Source: Macrostomum hystrix
Lineage: Eukaryota > Animalia > Platyhelminthes
Assembly: GCA_950097015.1 (NCBI GenBank)
Contig: CATNEN010000001.1
Span: forward strand, 4,588,001-4,652,000
Direction of reading: 5' to 3'
Length of the DNA: 64,000 bases
Part shown: positions 63,001 to 64,000 of the stretch, one piece after another
Position numbering within the stretch: the stretch's first letter is position 1
Layout of the letters: each line of letters starts with the position of its first letter
The notes under the pieces: generated by a model
What the model was told of the DNA's origin: nothing
Seen by the model: only the letters and a program-made list of their open reading frames with translations
Databases searched by the model: none
Made by a program: the position numbers and the translations under genes

Positions 63001-64000
63001 AAAACAGATCCCTAACCATAATCTAGAACAGATTCAAAACCAGAATCTAGAACAGATCCCAAACCAGAATCTAGAAGAGATCCCAAAGTAGAATCTAGAA
63101 TAGATTCCAAAGCAGAATCTAAAACAGATCCCTAACCATAATCTAGAACAGATTCCAAACCAGAATCTAGAACAGATCCCAAACCAGAATCTAGAACAGA
63201 TCCCAAAGTAGAATCTAGAACAGATCCCAAAGCAGAATCTAGAACAGATTCCAAAGCAGAATCTAAAACAGATCCCAAACCAGAATCTAGAACAGATCCC
63301 AAAGCAGAATCTAGAACAGATCCCAAACCATAATCTAGAAGAGATCCCAAACCAGAATCTAGAACAGATACCAAAGCAGAATCTAAAACAGATTCCAAAG
63401 CAGAATCTAAAACAGATCCCTAACCATAATCTAGAATAGATTCCAAACCAGAATCTAGAACAGATCCCAAACCAGAATCTAGAAGAGATCCCAAACCAGA
63501 ATCTAGAACAGATACCAAAGTAGAATCTAAAACAGATCCCTAACCATAATCTAGAACAGATTCCAAAGCAGAATCTAAAACAGATCCCTAACCATAATCT
63601 AGAACAGATTCCAAACCAGAATCTAGAACAGATCCCAAACCAGAATCTAGAAGAGATCCCAAACCAGAATCTAGAACAGATTCCAAAGCAGAATCTAAAA
63701 CAGATCCCAAACCAGAATCTAGAAGAGATCCCAAAGTAGAATCTAGAACAGATCCCAAACCAGAATCTAGAAGAGATCCCAAACCAGAATCTAGAACAGA
63801 TACCAAAGTAGAATCTAGAACAGATCCCAAAGCAGCATCTAGAACCGATCCCAAAGCAGCATCTAGAACCGATCCCAAAGCAGAATCTAAAACAGATCCC
63901 TAACCATAATCTAGAACAGATTCCAAACCAGAATCTAGAACAGATCCCAAAGCAGCATCTAGAACCGATCCCAAAGCAGCATCTAGAACCGATCCCAAAG
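60095..64000. repeat. 24-bp minisatellite filling the septin intron (runs off the window)
   Basis: Unit cagatcccaaa(g/c)cagaatctagaa; 480-bp higher-order block (61381 vs 61861). Confidence 0.95.

Noticed and set aside
1-64000. An SL RNA gene within the window
   Set aside because: I could not recognise a leader ending in ATG followed by a GT donor and an Sm site. An Rfam/Infernal scan would be needed to exclude it.

Overview
Eukaryotic, intron-rich animal genomic DNA. The pattern of GC-richer exons, AT-rich spacers and a different minisatellite in almost every large intron or spacer resembles a free-living flatworm such as Macrostomum; this taxon is inferred, not proven. I reconstructed spliced models with consistent phases for seven genes and one partial gene. 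On the + strand: a LysM-domain protein, QDPR, a PAK1IP1/Mak11 WD40 protein, HBS1L and a YjbQ/UPF0047 protein. On the - strand: a secreted PAN/Apple-like + F-type lectin, a 16-exon aldehyde-oxidase-type molybdo-flavoenzyme, and the last exon of a SEPT7-like septin. Mobile DNA comprises two GG...CC, 8-bp-TSD non-autonomous DNA transposons, an internally deleted mariner, and tRNA-derived SINEs. Roughly half of the window is tandem repeat, and all the long repetitive ORFs in the track come from these arrays. The most notable observation is that PAK1IP1 and YjbQ have no in-frame genomic ATG ahead of their conserved N-termini. Their reading frames open in phase 0 directly after an unpaired 3' splice acceptor, which fits an operon resolved by spliced-leader trans-splicing in which the flatworm SL's terminal AUG supplies the start codon. 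Several intronic minisatellites are also built from splice-site-like sequence, and one exon is flanked by inverted copies of the same minisatellite.
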